Shown here in pieces: positions 39,827 through 49,621 of a stretch of 64,000 bases of DNA. The notes below the pieces were generated by a model. The model worked only from the letters and a program-made list of their open reading frames with translations. It made no database searches and was not told where the DNA came from. Origin of the DNA: Candidatus Wildermuthbacteria bacterium (GTDB lineage Bacteria; Patescibacteriota; Minisyncoccia; Minisyncoccales; UBA10102); assembly GCA_016186115.1 (NCBI GenBank), contig JACPMK010000002.1, forward strand, positions 136,983-200,982. Reading direction: 5' to 3'. The translations under genes were made by a program, and so were the position numbers. How positions within the stretch are numbered: the stretch's first letter is position 1; every line of letters begins with the position of its first letter.

Positions 39827-40192
39827 TTACTTTGCTTGAGGAGTTTTTGTCTGGGGAGAAGGCACGGCTGCTCCTGCCACGTTTGACGTGGCTCCTGCCG
39901 CTTTTTGCGCTGCTGCCTGCTCCAATTCCCGCTGCATTTTTCCTCCGTGCCGTACGAACTTTGTCGTTGGGGCAAATTCTCCTAATTTATGCCCGACCAT
40001 ATCTTCCTCAACGCTCACAGAAATAAATTGCTTTCCATTGTACACTCCAAAGGTAAATCCAACCATTTCCGGGCTAATCGCTGCTCTTCTTGACCAGGTC
40101 TTGATAACGGTCTTATCGCCTGCTTTCAAGTCCTTGATTTTTTTGAGCAGGTTTTCATCAATATAGGGGCCTTTTTTCAGTGATCGTGCCAT
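39827..40192 (-). CDS. rpsS: 30S ribosomal protein S19 with Ala-rich C-terminal extension
   Basis: 121-aa ORF starting [12 protein letters not shown]. Confidence 0.9.
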   Translation of the reverse strand: MARSLKKGPYIDENLLKKIKDLKAGDKTVIKTWSRRAAISPEMVGFTFGVYNGKQFISVSVEEDMVGHKLGEFAPTTKFVRHGGKMQRELEQAAAQKAAGATSNVAGAAVPSPQTKTPQAK

Positions 40193-40195
40193 AGA

Positions 40196-40972
40196 TTATT
40201 TTTTCTTTTTTCTTCTCTGTAGAATAAATGTATTGGTCCATATTCGTCTTCTCGTTTTTACCCCCAATGCGGGCTTGCCCCACGGGGTCTTAGGATACTT
40301 TAATCCGGTAGAAGTTCTTCCTTCTCCTCCTCCATGAGGATGATCCACCGGGTTCATGGCTTTCCCTCGCACATTGGGCCTCCATCCCATCTTGCGCATT
40401 CTTCCTGCGTTAGGAATTCGGTGATAGCGATGTTCGGGATTAGAAACAATTCCGACAGAAGCAAAGCAGAGATCAAGGATTTTTCGAATCTCGGAAGAAG
40501 GAAGCTGAATTTGGGCATACTTGCCTTCGTGAGCCAATACCTTTGCCGCGGTTCCCGCGCCCCGTACGATTTTTCCGCCTCTATCCGGTTCCAATTCAAT
40601 ATTATATACCATTGTTCCCACTGGAATATTTTTCAATTGCATACGATTTCCCGGTCCGAGCTCTGCCGCATCGTTGCAGATAATGGTATCGCCAACATGT
40701 AAACCGTCAGGCAACACAATATACCCTTCCGAACCATCCTGATAGCGAATCAACGCAATCGAAGATGTACGATTCGGGTCGTACTCGATGCGCTCTACGG
40801 TGCCGGCGATCCCTTTGTGTTCCTGTCCAAAATCAATCTTACGATAGAGCTTTCGATATCCTCCTCCTCTTTGCCAAGCCGTAATACGGCCCGAGCGGGC
40901 TCGCCCTCCGGTTTTCTTCATCCATTGCAAAAATTTCTTTTTTGGTTTTTCTTTACTTAGATTTGTCGGCAT
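40196..40972 (-). CDS. rplB: 50S ribosomal protein L2
   Basis: 258-aa ORF with GRITAWQRGGGYRKLYRKIDF and HPHGGGEGR. Confidence 0.95.
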   Translation of the reverse strand: MPTNLSKEKPKKKFLQWMKKTGGRARSGRITAWQRGGGYRKLYRKIDFGQEHKGIAGTVERIEYDPNRTSSIALIRYQDGSEGYIVLPDGLHVGDTIICNDAAELGPGNRMQLKNIPVGTMVYNIELEPDRGGKIVRGAGTAAKVLAHEGKYAQIQLPSSEIRKILDLCFASVGIVSNPEHRYHRIPNAGRMRKMGWRPNVRGKAMNPVDHPHGGGEGRTSTGLKYPKTPWGKPALGVKTRRRIWTNTFILQRRKKKK

Positions 40973-40975
40973 ATA

Positions 40976-41362
40976 TTAGGTAGGCAAAATCTCAATTTTT
41001 TGTCCTTTCTCAAGGGTTACGATTGCTTTTTTGTAGCCAGATTTCGTACCCCTTTTTCTCTGCCAGCGGGTTGGCTTTGGAGGCGCGGCAACAATACGAA
41101 TACCGGCAACCTCAACATCATACAAATCCTCAACCGCCCTTTTCACCTGATGCTTTGTTGCAGTAGGAGCGACTTGAAATACGTAATGATTCTGTTCGGC
41201 CATCTGTACTGCCTTTTCTGTAATATGAGGATTTCTCAACACGTTAACCGCAAAAGCACTCGCTTTTGGCTTTTTGCCCTGCGGAACTGCCTCCTGCTGC
41301 TTTTTTTCTTTCTCCGCTTGGAACTTTTGCTCTTTTTTTGTAAAAATTTTTCCGAATGGCAT
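40976..41362 (-). CDS. rplW: 50S ribosomal protein L23 with K/E-rich N-terminal extension
   Basis: 128-aa ORF with the L23 core in its C-terminal two-thirds. Confidence 0.85.
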   Translation of the reverse strand: MPFGKIFTKKEQKFQAEKEKKQQEAVPQGKKPKASAFAVNVLRNPHITEKAVQMAEQNHYVFQVAPTATKHQVKRAVEDLYDVEVAGIRIVAAPPKPTRWQRKRGTKSGYKKAIVTLEKGQKIEILPT

Positions 41363-41370
41363 ATAAAAAA

Positions 41371-41997
41371 TTAATGGAATACCTGTTCAATAACTTTCAC
41401 GGAATCTCTCGGCATAACAAGATAGCGAGCAGAAAGCACATCAAATACATTTAAATCCCGGGCCTGAATGGTCTTGGTGTAAGGAATATTTCGCGAGGCC
41501 TGAATAATATTTTTATCCAATGAAGGAAGAGCAATCAAGCTGCTTTTTTCGTCGCAAGGCAATTTCCGAAGAATACCGACCATTGTCTTTGTTTTTGAGT
41601 TTTCCAGTGAAAGAGTATCAAGAATTAAGAGAAGATTCCTCTTTACTTTTTCAGAAAGAACGCCGAACAATGCTTTTCTTCGCATGCTCTGATTCAAACG
41701 CGTTGCAAAGACGCGTTCTTTTTTCGGCCCAAAGGTCACTCCCCCGCCAATCCAGATAGGAGAACGAATAGAACCGTGCCGTGCTCTTCCGGTATGTTTT
41801 TGTGCCCATGGTTTTTTTCCTCCTCCTGCAACTTCTCCACGTCCCTTTGTATGCGCCAAAACCTGACGTCTGTTACGCAAATAATATACAAGGGCCTGAT
41901 GCGCAAGGTCCCTATTCAAGGGAACGTTAAAAAGAGCGTCTGACAATTCAATCTCGCCTGTTTCCTTCCCTTCTGTATTGTATACGGGGACTTTCAT
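41371..41997 (-). CDS. rplD: 50S ribosomal protein L4
   Basis: 208-aa ORF with the L4 pattern (KGRGEVAGGGKKPWAQKHTGRARHGS). Confidence 0.95.
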   Translation of the reverse strand: MKVPVYNTEGKETGEIELSDALFNVPLNRDLAHQALVYYLRNRRQVLAHTKGRGEVAGGGKKPWAQKHTGRARHGSIRSPIWIGGGVTFGPKKERVFATRLNQSMRRKALFGVLSEKVKRNLLLILDTLSLENSKTKTMVGILRKLPCDEKSSLIALPSLDKNIIQASRNIPYTKTIQARDLNVFDVLSARYLVMPRDSVKVIEQVFH

Positions 41998-42001
41998 AGA
42001 T

Positions 42002-42610
42002 TTATTTTTTCTGAATTGCCAAAAGTGTTCCTTTGCTTCCGGGAACAGAACCCTTAATCGCCAAAACCTGATGGTCAGGATCTACCTTGATAATTTTTAA
42101 GTTTCGGACGGTAACCTGCGCCACGCCCATATGCCCCGGCATGGGGCGCCCCTTAACCACGTGCTGGGGAAAACGTTGCCCCGTAGAGCCGATGGTGCGA
42201 TGCTCGTGCTTTACTCCGTGAGTTGCATTTCTTCCGGAAAATCCCCAACGCTTTACCCCTCCCTGAAATCCCTTCCCTTTGGAAACCGCAACAATCTGAA
42301 CCCTTTCGCCCTCCTGAAATTTCGATGCATCAATGACGTCGCCAACTTGATAGATCTCCCCTTCTGTATCTGTTATTGGAAATTCCCGAATAAAAGAAAA
42401 CTGTTTGCCTTTGGCAGATTTTTTTTGTTTTTTTGCATTGGTTATTTCTTCAAATCCTATCTGAAGGGCATGGGAGCCGTCTTTCTCTTTGGTCTTCACT
42501 TGCAATACCTTGCAAGGCCCTGCCTGAATCAGGGTTACAGGAATCACTTTCCGTTCTTCTTCACTGAAGATCTGGGTCATTCCAATTTTTTTTCCTAGTG
42601 CTGCTTTCAT
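42002..42610 (-). CDS. rplC: 50S ribosomal protein L3
   Basis: The start is probably ATG 42610 (MKAALGKKIGMTQIF). The ORF extends to 42622. Confidence 0.9.
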   Translation of the reverse strand: MKAALGKKIGMTQIFSEEERKVIPVTLIQAGPCKVLQVKTKEKDGSHALQIGFEEITNAKKQKKSAKGKQFSFIREFPITDTEGEIYQVGDVIDASKFQEGERVQIVAVSKGKGFQGGVKRWGFSGRNATHGVKHEHRTIGSTGQRFPQHVVKGRPMPGHMGVAQVTVRNLKIIKVDPDHQVLAIKGSVPGSKGTLLAIQKK

Positions 42611-42620
42611 ATAAACGTCC

Positions 42621-42650
42621 AAGCAAGAGAAAACCGGGCGCGCCCGGTTT
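42621..42650 (-). terminator. terminator/attenuator-like GC hairpin between rpsJ and rplC
   Basis: Perfect 20-bp palindrome AAACCGGGCGCGCCCGGTTT at 42631-42650. On the minus strand it is followed by TCTCTTGCTT, about 20 nt before the rplC start. Confidence 0.5.
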
Positions 42651-42727
42651 CCCTCATTTACCTATTGTACTGGTACTGGAATCCTTCACGCCTAGTCGAT
42701 AGAAAAAAGAAGCATATCTATACCTTA

Positions 42728-43048
42728 CTACATCTTAATTTCAATATCAACCCCTGCAGGTAAGTTCAAACTCGACAGCGCCTCAATTACTTTCTGATTA
42801 GGATTCGGAATATCGATCACTCTGCGATGAATTCTCATTTCAAACTGTTCTCTTGCGTCTTTGTGCACAAAGGAAGAACGCTGCACCGTGTATTTGCGGA
42901 TAATGGTAGGAAGAGGAATAGGCCCCAAGACCTGACACCCCTGCCGGATAATCGCATCAACAATCTGGCGCGCGCTCGCATCAATCACTTTGTGATCGTA
43001 GGCGCTGATCTTAATTCTTAATTTTTGCTGGGTTGGTACTGCTTCCAT
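42728..43048 (-). CDS. rpsJ: 30S ribosomal protein S10
   Basis: Start at ATG 43048 ([23 protein letters not shown]). The longer ORF to 43111 would read through the tuf terminator hairpin. Confidence 0.9.
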   Translation of the reverse strand: MEAVPTQQKLRIKISAYDHKVIDASARQIVDAIIRQGCQVLGPIPLPTIIRKYTVQRSSFVHKDAREQFEMRIHRRVIDIPNPNQKVIEALSSLNLPAGVDIEIKM

Positions 43049-43065
43049 CGCAACATTGAAAAATT

Positions 43066-43104
43066 GCTTACAAAAGGGAGACGAGGAAAACTTCCTCGTC
43101 TCCC
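43066..43104 (-). terminator. rho-independent terminator/attenuator after tuf, 27 nt before rpsJ
   Basis: On the minus strand, the perfect 13-bp stem GGGAGACGAGGAA/TTCCTCGTCTCCC has a 3-nt loop and is followed by TTTTGTAAGCAATTTTTC. Confidence 0.75.
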
Positions 43105-43122
43105 GGTCCAATTTCTCTGATA

Positions 43123-44316
43123 TTACTGAATAATCTTGGTAATGACTCCCGCTCCAACGGTCTTGCCGCCTTCACGGATAGCAAATCTTTGCTGCTCTTC
43201 CATAGCAATCGGTACCAATAGTTTTACTTTAAATCGAATCGTATCGCCCGGCATCACCATTTCTGTACCCTCGGGCAATGTCACCTCTCCGGTTACATCG
43301 GTAGTGCGGAAATAGAACTGGGGTTTGTACCCCGCAAAGAATGGGGTATGACGGCCGCCTTCTTCTTTTGCCAAAACGTATACCTCTGATTCGAATTCGG
43401 TATGAGGAGTAATACTGCCGGGCTTTGCCAATACCTGACCGCGCTCTACGTCCTCCTTTTTTAATCCGCGCAATAATACGCCCACGTTATCCCCTGCGCG
43501 TCCTTCGTCAAGGGATTTATTAAACATTTCAACACTAATAACCACCGTCTTTGAAGTTTGGCGAATCCCTACGATCTCAACCTCTTCATTGGCTTTCACT
43601 ATTCCTCTCTCGATTCTCCCTGTCACCACTACTCCTCTTCCTGCAATAGAGAATACGTCTTCGATTGCCATCAGAAATGGCTTTTCAATCTCTCGCACGG
43701 GTTCTGCGATATAGGTGTCTATAGCATTCATTAATTCCACAATGGGTTTTGCTGCCTCGTCATCCGGTGTTTTTGCATCGAGTGCTTTTAACGCTGAACC
43801 CCGAATCACTGGAGTTTGATCTCCGGGAAATCCGTATTTTTTCAGCAATTCTCTCACTTCGGACTCTACAAGCTCGATCATTTCAGGATCATCTACCATA
43901 TCGCATTTATTCAAGAATACCACCAAAGAAGGCAATCCTACTTGTCTGGCAAGAAGAATATGCTCTCTGGTCTGGGGCATGGGGCCATCGGGAGCGGATA
44001 CCACAAGAATTGCTCCATCCATCTGGGCGGCTCCGGTAATCATATTTTTGATATAGTCGGCATGGCCGGGAGCATCAATGTGAGCATAGTGACGCTTCTC
44101 GGTCTCATATTCCAAGTGGGTAATATTGATTGTAATTCCTCTTGCTTTTTCTTCTGGCGCTGAATCAATCTGATCAACGCTTTTCTCGGTCACTCCGAAA
44201 CCCTTCAATTTAAGTATATGAAGAATCGCGGCAGACAAAGTGGTCTTGCCATGGTCAACGTGACCTATGGTACCAACGTTCACGTGCGGCTTTGTTCGTT
44301 CAAATTTTCCTGCCAT
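43123..44316 (-). CDS. tuf: elongation factor Tu
   Basis: 397-aa ORF with GHVDHGKTT and DAPGH motifs. Confidence 0.98.
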   Translation of the reverse strand: MAGKFERTKPHVNVGTIGHVDHGKTTLSAAILHILKLKGFGVTEKSVDQIDSAPEEKARGITINITHLEYETEKRHYAHIDAPGHADYIKNMITGAAQMDGAILVVSAPDGPMPQTREHILLARQVGLPSLVVFLNKCDMVDDPEMIELVESEVRELLKKYGFPGDQTPVIRGSALKALDAKTPDDEAAKPIVELMNAIDTYIAEPVREIEKPFLMAIEDVFSIAGRGVVVTGRIERGIVKANEEVEIVGIRQTSKTVVISVEMFNKSLDEGRAGDNVGVLLRGLKKEDVERGQVLAKPGSITPHTEFESEVYVLAKEEGGRHTPFFAGYKPQFYFRTTDVTGEVTLPEGTEMVMPGDTIRFKVKLLVPIAMEEQQRFAIREGGKTVGAGVITKIIQ

Positions 44317-44387
44317 ATAAAATGTTACGTATTATTGTTTGATTAAAATGGTATAGAGCAACCCGACAACTACACTCTAGTATACGA

Positions 44388-44615
44388 CTAAAGAGGAAGG
44401 TCGTCAATTGTAAGGCCCTCTTCTCTTGCACGCTCGACCGGCTCGCTTGGCTGGAGAGGGACCTGCACTTGAGAAATTTTGGGAGCAGTTGCTCCTCCGA
44501 CTTTCTTTCGATACTCCTCAAACGACAAAATAACCATGGTTGGCTTGCCTCCCTCGACAATGATAAACTTTCCTCCGTCTTTTTCTATTAAATCTTTAAT
44601 TTCGTTCAAATCCAT
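44388..44615 (-). CDS. small Phd/YefM-antitoxin-like protein with acidic C-terminal tail
   Basis: 75-aa ORF. KFIIVEGGKPTMVILSFEEYRKK resembles the Phd/YefM N-terminal strand-helix region. The C-terminus is EEGLTIDDLPL. Confidence 0.5.
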   Translation of the reverse strand: MDLNEIKDLIEKDGGKFIIVEGGKPTMVILSFEEYRKKVGGATAPKISQVQVPLQPSEPVERAREEGLTIDDLPL

Positions 44616-44621
44616 ATATTT

Positions 44622-46730
44622 CTATCTTCTGGTGCCGGCAACGACCTCCTTGGCAATGTTCGCAGGCACTTCCTCATAAGTATCGAATTCCATTGTAAAT
44701 GTTCCGCGGCCTTCTGTCAACGAACGCAAAGCCGTGGCATAACCAAACATATTTGCCAATGGAACTCTTGCGTCAATAACCTTCATATTCAGCCGATCCT
44801 CGGTTTCTAAAATCCTGCCCTGTTTCGAAGACAAATCAGCAATTACATCGCCAAAAAAGTCGGTAGGCACAATAACCTCAAGCCGCATAACGGGTTCAAG
44901 AAGTACCGGATTTGCTCTTTTCGCCGCCTCTTGAAGGGCGATAGATCCTGCAACCTTAAAAGCAAATTCCGAAGAGTCCACCTCATGGAAAGAACCGTCA
45001 AAGAGGATTACTTGCGTATCAACTATGGGGTATCCTGCGACCACTCCTTTGTCCATTGCTTCCCGAACTCCCTTTTCAATTGCCGGAATAAATTCACGGG
45101 GGATTACTCCTCCTTTGATCTGATCCACAAATTCAAAGCCCTCTCCTCTCGCCTTCGGCTTTACTCGCAGGAACACATGACCGTATTGACCGTGGCCACC
45201 TGATTGACGCACATATTTTCCTTCTGCTTCTGCTTCTGACCGGATTGCTTCTTTATACGCCACCTGCGGCCTGCCCACATTTCCTTCTACTCCGAATTCT
45301 CTCTTCATGCGGTCTACGATAATCTCCAAGTGCAACTCCCCCATTCCGGAAATAATGGTCTCGCCCGTTTCCAAATCAGAAGAAACCCGAAACGTAGGGT
45401 CCTCCTCGGCAAGACGATGTAGCGCTAAACTCAATTTTTCCTGATCGGCTTGGGTTTTCGGTTCAATGCGCACAGAAATAACGGGTTCGGGAAATGTGAT
45501 CTGCTCCAAGATAATGGGAGAATCTTCATCACAAAGAGTATTTCCTGTCGTGGTGTTTTTCAAACCAACGGTCGCGGCAATATCGCCGGCATAAAGCTCG
45601 TCCACCTCTTCTCTCGCGTTGGCATGCATAAGGAGAAGACGGCTGATGCGCTCTTTTTCTCCAGTGGTGGTGTTGGCAACATAGGAACCTTTTTTGAGCG
45701 TTCCTGAATACACCCTAAAATACGTCAGCGAGCCAACGTAAGGGTCCGACGCAATCTTAAAGGCGAGCGCGGCAAAAGGTTCTGTATCTGATGCTTTGCG
45801 TTCAATGGTCTCACCGCTCCGAGGATCAATTCCCTTCACCGAAGGAAGATCAGCCGGACTTGGAAGATAATCGACAACCCCATCCAGCAAAAGTTGGATA
45901 CCTTTATTTTTTAGTGCCGATCCCGTAAATACCGGAATGAGTTTATACTCGATGCATGCCTTGCGCAAAATTGCTTTCAAGGTATCAACCGGGATTTCTT
46001 CTCCGCCAAGATACCGGCTAAGCGTCTCCTCATCTTCCGCAACAATTTTCTCAATAAGCTTTTCCCGCCATTGTTTTGCTTGGGTCTTCAGCTCTTCAGG
46101 AATTTCCTCTTCTTTGATGATTTGGCCAAAATCGCCCTCAAAGGCATACAGTTTCATCCGCAAGAGATCAATGATGCCGCGAAACTGATCCTCTGTACCA
46201 ACAGGGAGCTGCATTGCAACCGCGTTCGGGCTCAATTTCTGCCAAATCGATTGCAAACTTTTCTCGAATGATGCGCCCATGCGGTCAATTTTATTAATGA
46301 AACAAACACGCGGCACATTGAATTTATCTGCCTGCCGCCACACGGTTTCCGACTGGGGCTCCACTCCTGCCACACCATCAAATACCACCACTGCTCCATC
46401 AAGTACCCGCAGCGAACGCTGCACTTCTACGGTAAAATCAATATGCCCTGGGGTATCAATAATATTAATGCGATGCTCAAAGTCCTTTGGTTTACCGGCT
46501 AGATACGTAGGCATCCAAAAACAAGTTGTCGCGGCAGAGGTAATGGTGATTCCGCGCTCTCTCTCCTGTTCCATCCAGTCCATAATGGTTGTACCCTCAT
46601 GAACCTCTCCTATTTTGTGGGAAACGCCGGTGTAAAACAAAATTCGCTCGGTTGTCGTGGTTTTGCCGGCGTCGATATGGGCAATAATTCCAATATCTCG
46701 TACTTTTTCAATCGGATACTGTCGAGCCAT
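44622..46730 (-). CDS. fusA: elongation factor G
   Basis: 702-aa ORF with [12 protein letters not shown] and DTPGHIDF motifs. Confidence 0.98.
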   Translation of the reverse strand: MARQYPIEKVRDIGIIAHIDAGKTTTTERILFYTGVSHKIGEVHEGTTIMDWMEQERERGITITSAATTCFWMPTYLAGKPKDFEHRINIIDTPGHIDFTVEVQRSLRVLDGAVVVFDGVAGVEPQSETVWRQADKFNVPRVCFINKIDRMGASFEKSLQSIWQKLSPNAVAMQLPVGTEDQFRGIIDLLRMKLYAFEGDFGQIIKEEEIPEELKTQAKQWREKLIEKIVAEDEETLSRYLGGEEIPVDTLKAILRKACIEYKLIPVFTGSALKNKGIQLLLDGVVDYLPSPADLPSVKGIDPRSGETIERKASDTEPFAALAFKIASDPYVGSLTYFRVYSGTLKKGSYVANTTTGEKERISRLLLMHANAREEVDELYAGDIAATVGLKNTTTGNTLCDEDSPIILEQITFPEPVISVRIEPKTQADQEKLSLALHRLAEEDPTFRVSSDLETGETIISGMGELHLEIIVDRMKREFGVEGNVGRPQVAYKEAIRSEAEAEGKYVRQSGGHGQYGHVFLRVKPKARGEGFEFVDQIKGGVIPREFIPAIEKGVREAMDKGVVAGYPIVDTQVILFDGSFHEVDSSEFAFKVAGSIALQEAAKRANPVLLEPVMRLEVIVPTDFFGDVIADLSSKQGRILETEDRLNMKVIDARVPLANMFGYATALRSLTEGRGTFTMEFDTYEEVPANIAKEVVAGTRR

Positions 46731-46811
46731 GGAAAGCTAGTAGTTTATAGTTAGTAGAAATGAGTAAAAAAGCGTGGGTAAAGCGCAAAGAAAAATCACT
46801 TGCTCGAGCGA

Positions 46812-47282
46812 TTACGAACGGGCGAAATGGGCAAAGGCACGGTTTGCTTCGGCCATGCGATGCACGTCATCTCTTTTCTTCACCGCGCTTCCCTCTTTCT
46901 TCGCAGCCAGCATCAATTCTTCTGCTAATTTCTGCGACATGGGCTTCCCCTTTTTGGTCTTTGCCGCGCCAATAAGCCATCGAAAGGCAATGCTTATTCT
47001 CCGATCGCCTTGCACCTCTACCGGAACCTGATACGTAGCTCCCCCTACTCTCCGGGAACGAACCTCCAACAAAGGGGCCACGTTTTCGATTGCCTGTTCA
47101 AATACAGCAACAGGGTCTTGTTTTGTCTGGTTCTTAATTACATCAAAAGCCCCGTATACAATTTTACGGGCAGTCGCTTTCTTGCCCTTACGCATCACAT
47201 GATTAATGAGCTTTCCCACATCAACACGGCCGTAGATTGAATCGGGGTGTATCTCATGTTTTTGTACCTTGAATCGTGCCAT
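46812..47282 (-). CDS. rpsG: 30S ribosomal protein S7
   Basis: 156-aa ORF with the S7 pattern. Confidence 0.95.
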   Translation of the reverse strand: MARFKVQKHEIHPDSIYGRVDVGKLINHVMRKGKKATARKIVYGAFDVIKNQTKQDPVAVFEQAIENVAPLLEVRSRRVGGATYQVPVEVQGDRRISIAFRWLIGAAKTKKGKPMSQKLAEELMLAAKKEGSAVKKRDDVHRMAEANRAFAHFARS

Positions 47283-47285
47283 ACG

Positions 47286-47696
47286 TTATTTCGGTTTTTT
47301 TACTCCATACTTGGAACGCTCTTGCTTTCTTCCCTCAACCCCGGCAGCATCCAGAATCCCGCGCACAATATGATATCGTACGCCCGGCAAATCCTTTACT
47401 CTTCCTCCGCGGATAAGCACAACCGAATGCTCCTGCAAACTGTGACCCTCTCCCGGAATATACGCGGTAACCTCCATGCCATTGCTCAATCGTACTCTTG
47501 CCACCTTACGCAAGGCAGAGTTTGGCTTTTTAGGAGTCATTGTTTTTACCGCTACGCATACTCCCCTTTTCAATGGCGAGAAATATTCCACGGGCTGATT
47601 CCTCTTTGAGTTAAAACCAAACGTGAGGGCAGGCGTTCTGCTCTTTTTCTGAATTCTTTTTCTTCCCTTTTTTACTAACTGATGCAATGTAGGCAT
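47286..47696 (-). CDS. rpsL: 30S ribosomal protein S12
   Basis: 136-aa ORF with [12 protein letters not shown] and [10 protein letters not shown]. Confidence 0.97.
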   Translation of the reverse strand: MPTLHQLVKKGRKRIQKKSRTPALTFGFNSKRNQPVEYFSPLKRGVCVAVKTMTPKKPNSALRKVARVRLSNGMEVTAYIPGEGHSLQEHSVVLIRGGRVKDLPGVRYHIVRGILDAAGVEGRKQERSKYGVKKPK

Positions 47697-47714
47697 AAAA
47701 AAATACCAAAAATA

Positions 47715-47743
47715 AGTTTATCAAATAACTCTTAAAGTGTCAA
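47715..47743 (-). promoter_or_regulatory. sigma70-type promoter of the str operon
   Basis: Minus strand reads TTGACA, 17 nt, TAAACT. The -10 box ends 18 nt upstream of the rpsL ATG. Confidence 0.55.
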
Positions 47744-47750
47744 CGGAGTT

Positions 47751-48407
47751 TTATTGCTGGAGGAGAAAAGAAATAATCGATTCTCCCACAATCATTTCAA
47801 ATATAAAGTTTACTATTGCAAGGATTGCCGGGAAAAAGAAAAAAATCAAAAAGAGCAAAAGAATAAACCCATATTGAGCTAAGAACATTTTTAGTTGTTC
47901 AAATCCCTTGGGCAGCAGCGTGAGCAGAATATGGGAGCCATCAAGCGGAGGAATGGGAATCAAGTTGAACACCGCGAGAAGAATATTCAAAAAGACGATA
48001 TAGGCGAATACCAATACCAACGTAGGATGGATACTCGCCACTGGAAGGAATCGCAACGCAAGTCCAAATATCAAAGCAAGCAGGATATTCGAAGCAGGTC
48101 CGGCCATGCTTACCTTTAGCTCATCATAGCGGCCGCGAAGGTTTGCCGGATTGATAGGGACTGGCTTTGCCCATCCAAGGATAATCCCCCGGGTGGGCGA
48201 TATTGCAGAAAGAAATGCAAGAAACAAAGGCAGGATAACAGAACCAAAGGGATCGATATGAGGAATGGGATTCATCGTAAGCCGCCCGGCATTTTTTGCA
48301 GTGGGATCGCCCAAGGCATTGGCAACAAAACCATGAGAAACCTCGTGCAGAATAACCGAGGGAACAAGAATCGCAAGCTGAAAAAAAAGAAGCTGTGAAT
48401 TTTCCAT
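47751..48407 (-). CDS. site-2 protease family (M50) membrane metalloprotease
   Basis: I placed the start at ATG 48407 (MENSQLLFFQLAILVPSVILHEVSHGF) with an HExxH motif. The longer ORF to 48572 would run through the divergent rpmB gene. Confidence 0.8.
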   Translation of the reverse strand: MENSQLLFFQLAILVPSVILHEVSHGFVANALGDPTAKNAGRLTMNPIPHIDPFGSVILPLFLAFLSAISPTRGIILGWAKPVPINPANLRGRYDELKVSMAGPASNILLALIFGLALRFLPVASIHPTLVLVFAYIVFLNILLAVFNLIPIPPLDGSHILLTLLPKGFEQLKMFLAQYGFILLLFLIFFFFPAILAIVNFIFEMIVGESIISFLLQQ

Positions 48408-48428
48408 TATCCCCCAGTATACCAAGTA

Positions 48429-48457
48429 TTGAAAAATAAGAAAAGGTCTGATAGAAT
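48429..48457 (+). promoter_or_regulatory. sigma70-type promoter of rpmB
   Basis: TTGAAA, 17 nt, TAGAAT. The -10 box ends 8 nt before the rpmB ATG at 48466. Confidence 0.5.
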
Positions 48458-48465
48458 GGTTTCGT

Positions 48466-48654
48466 ATGGCACAGCAATGCAGCATCTGCAAAAAAATTCC
48501 TGCACGGGTTTGGCGACTAGTCAAACTGCGCGGGAAATATAACCCAACTATCAAACGAAAGCAAAAGCCCAATCTTCAGTGGGTCACTTTGGAATCTCGA
48601 GGCCGCGTGAAGGCCTGCGCCAAATGCATCAAAACCCTTGCCAAAACCCGGTAA
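48466..48654 (+). CDS. rpmB: 50S ribosomal protein L28
   Basis: 62-aa ORF MAQQCSICKKIP...KRKQKPNLQWV...CAKCIKTL, matching the L28 pattern. Confidence 0.85.
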   Translation: MAQQCSICKKIPARVWRLVKLRGKYNPTIKRKQKPNLQWVTLESRGRVKACAKCIKTLAKTR

Positions 48655-48674
48655 TCCTTGAAGTAAGAGTAGTT

Positions 48675-48745
48675 CGGGGCATAGCGTAATGGTAGCGCAC
48701 GTCCTTGGGGTGGATGAGGATGGGGTCCAATTCCCCATGCCCCGA
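48675..48745 (+). tRNA. tRNA-Pro (GGG), non-canonical T-loop
   Basis: 71 nt. Acceptor CGGGGCA/TGCCCCG with C1:G72 and A73 (the bacterial tRNA-Pro pattern), D stem GCGT/GCGC, anticodon loop TTGGGGT, T arm TGGGG-TCCAATT-CCCCA. No encoded CCA. Confidence 0.8.
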
Positions 48746-48773
48746 CAAAACAAAAAACGACGGAGATGTCGTT
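48746..48773 (-). terminator. rho-independent terminator after the 48818-49621 gene
   Basis: On the minus strand, the stem AACGAC/GTCGTT has a 6-nt loop and is followed by TTTTTGTTTTG. A second hairpin, GACAGG-CTAAG-CCTGTC, lies just upstream. Confidence 0.6.
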
Positions 48774-48817
48774 GCGTAGATTCTCGGCAGAAATGGACAG
48801 GCTAAGCCTGTCTAGCA

Positions 48818-49621
48818 TTAACTTACTGGATTTTGAGCTAATTGATTGTGGAGATCAGACCACAAAAAGAGACGGCCTTGGTCGGCAGAACGATGCGCTT
48901 TTTGCAGCAGCACAAATGCCTTGCCGTATGACTGCCCACGAAGATTCACCGCCGCGGCTCCAAGAAGCTGCTCTGCCTCTTTAAGAAGATTTTGAGAAAA
49001 TGTAAGGCTACCATGAGAATTTGAAGAAGAGCGCGCTTGCTGGAAATCATCTCGAAGAGCAACAATCTCATTTTTAGCAATCCGGAATCTCCCCGGAATG
49101 ACGAATTTCAATTGCTCGCGGTTATTTTTAGCAATTGCCTTTCGCTCGTTCTCTATTCTCAATTGCTGTTCATGATTCGCTCCCTTCTCAAGAATTGAAC
49201 ATATTGCCTGATCTGGAAAACGATTCTCAAGAATTTTTCCGTATGCCTTGAGTAATGCTTCTAAATGGGAATGGATTCCGGCGCGCAAACAGATGCATTC
49301 TTTTTCCTCCAGTTTCAATGCAAGAGTATCAATAGATTCTATTCCGAGTTGGATTTTAGCTCCTATGATTTTTGCATGCGCCACCACACTCTGTACGGTC
49401 GCATCCCGCAGTTCCCGAAGAACTGTAAGTAATTGAGATATTTCTTGGAAAGCCCGCACTTCAACAGGAAATGCAGAAAGAAATTTGACGCTTGGACGAA
49501 AATTTTGCGGATATGTTCTGGTATAACATAAAAAAAACTCTCGTAGCCGAGCTTTATCATTCCCATTCATTTGTACGCTTTTGGCGCCTTCAAAAAAATT
49601 ATAGAGCTTTACTGAGACCAT
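48818..49621 (-). CDS. hypothetical soluble helical protein co-transcribed with the ECF sigma factor
   Basis: The ORF is open to 49696 (GTG). Possible starts are 49690, 49621 and 49570; I chose 49621. I see no transmembrane segment and no HxxxCxxC anti-sigma motif. Confidence 0.55.
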   Translation of the reverse strand: MVSVKLYNFFEGAKSVQMNGNDKARLREFFLCYTRTYPQNFRPSVKFLSAFPVEVRAFQEISQLLTVLRELRDATVQSVVAHAKIIGAKIQLGIESIDTLALKLEEKECICLRAGIHSHLEALLKAYGKILENRFPDQAICSILEKGANHEQQLRIENERKAIAKNNREQLKFVIPGRFRIAKNEIVALRDDFQQARSSSNSHGSLTFSQNLLKEAEQLLGAAAVNLRGQSYGKAFVLLQKAHRSADQGRLFLWSDLHNQLAQNPVS

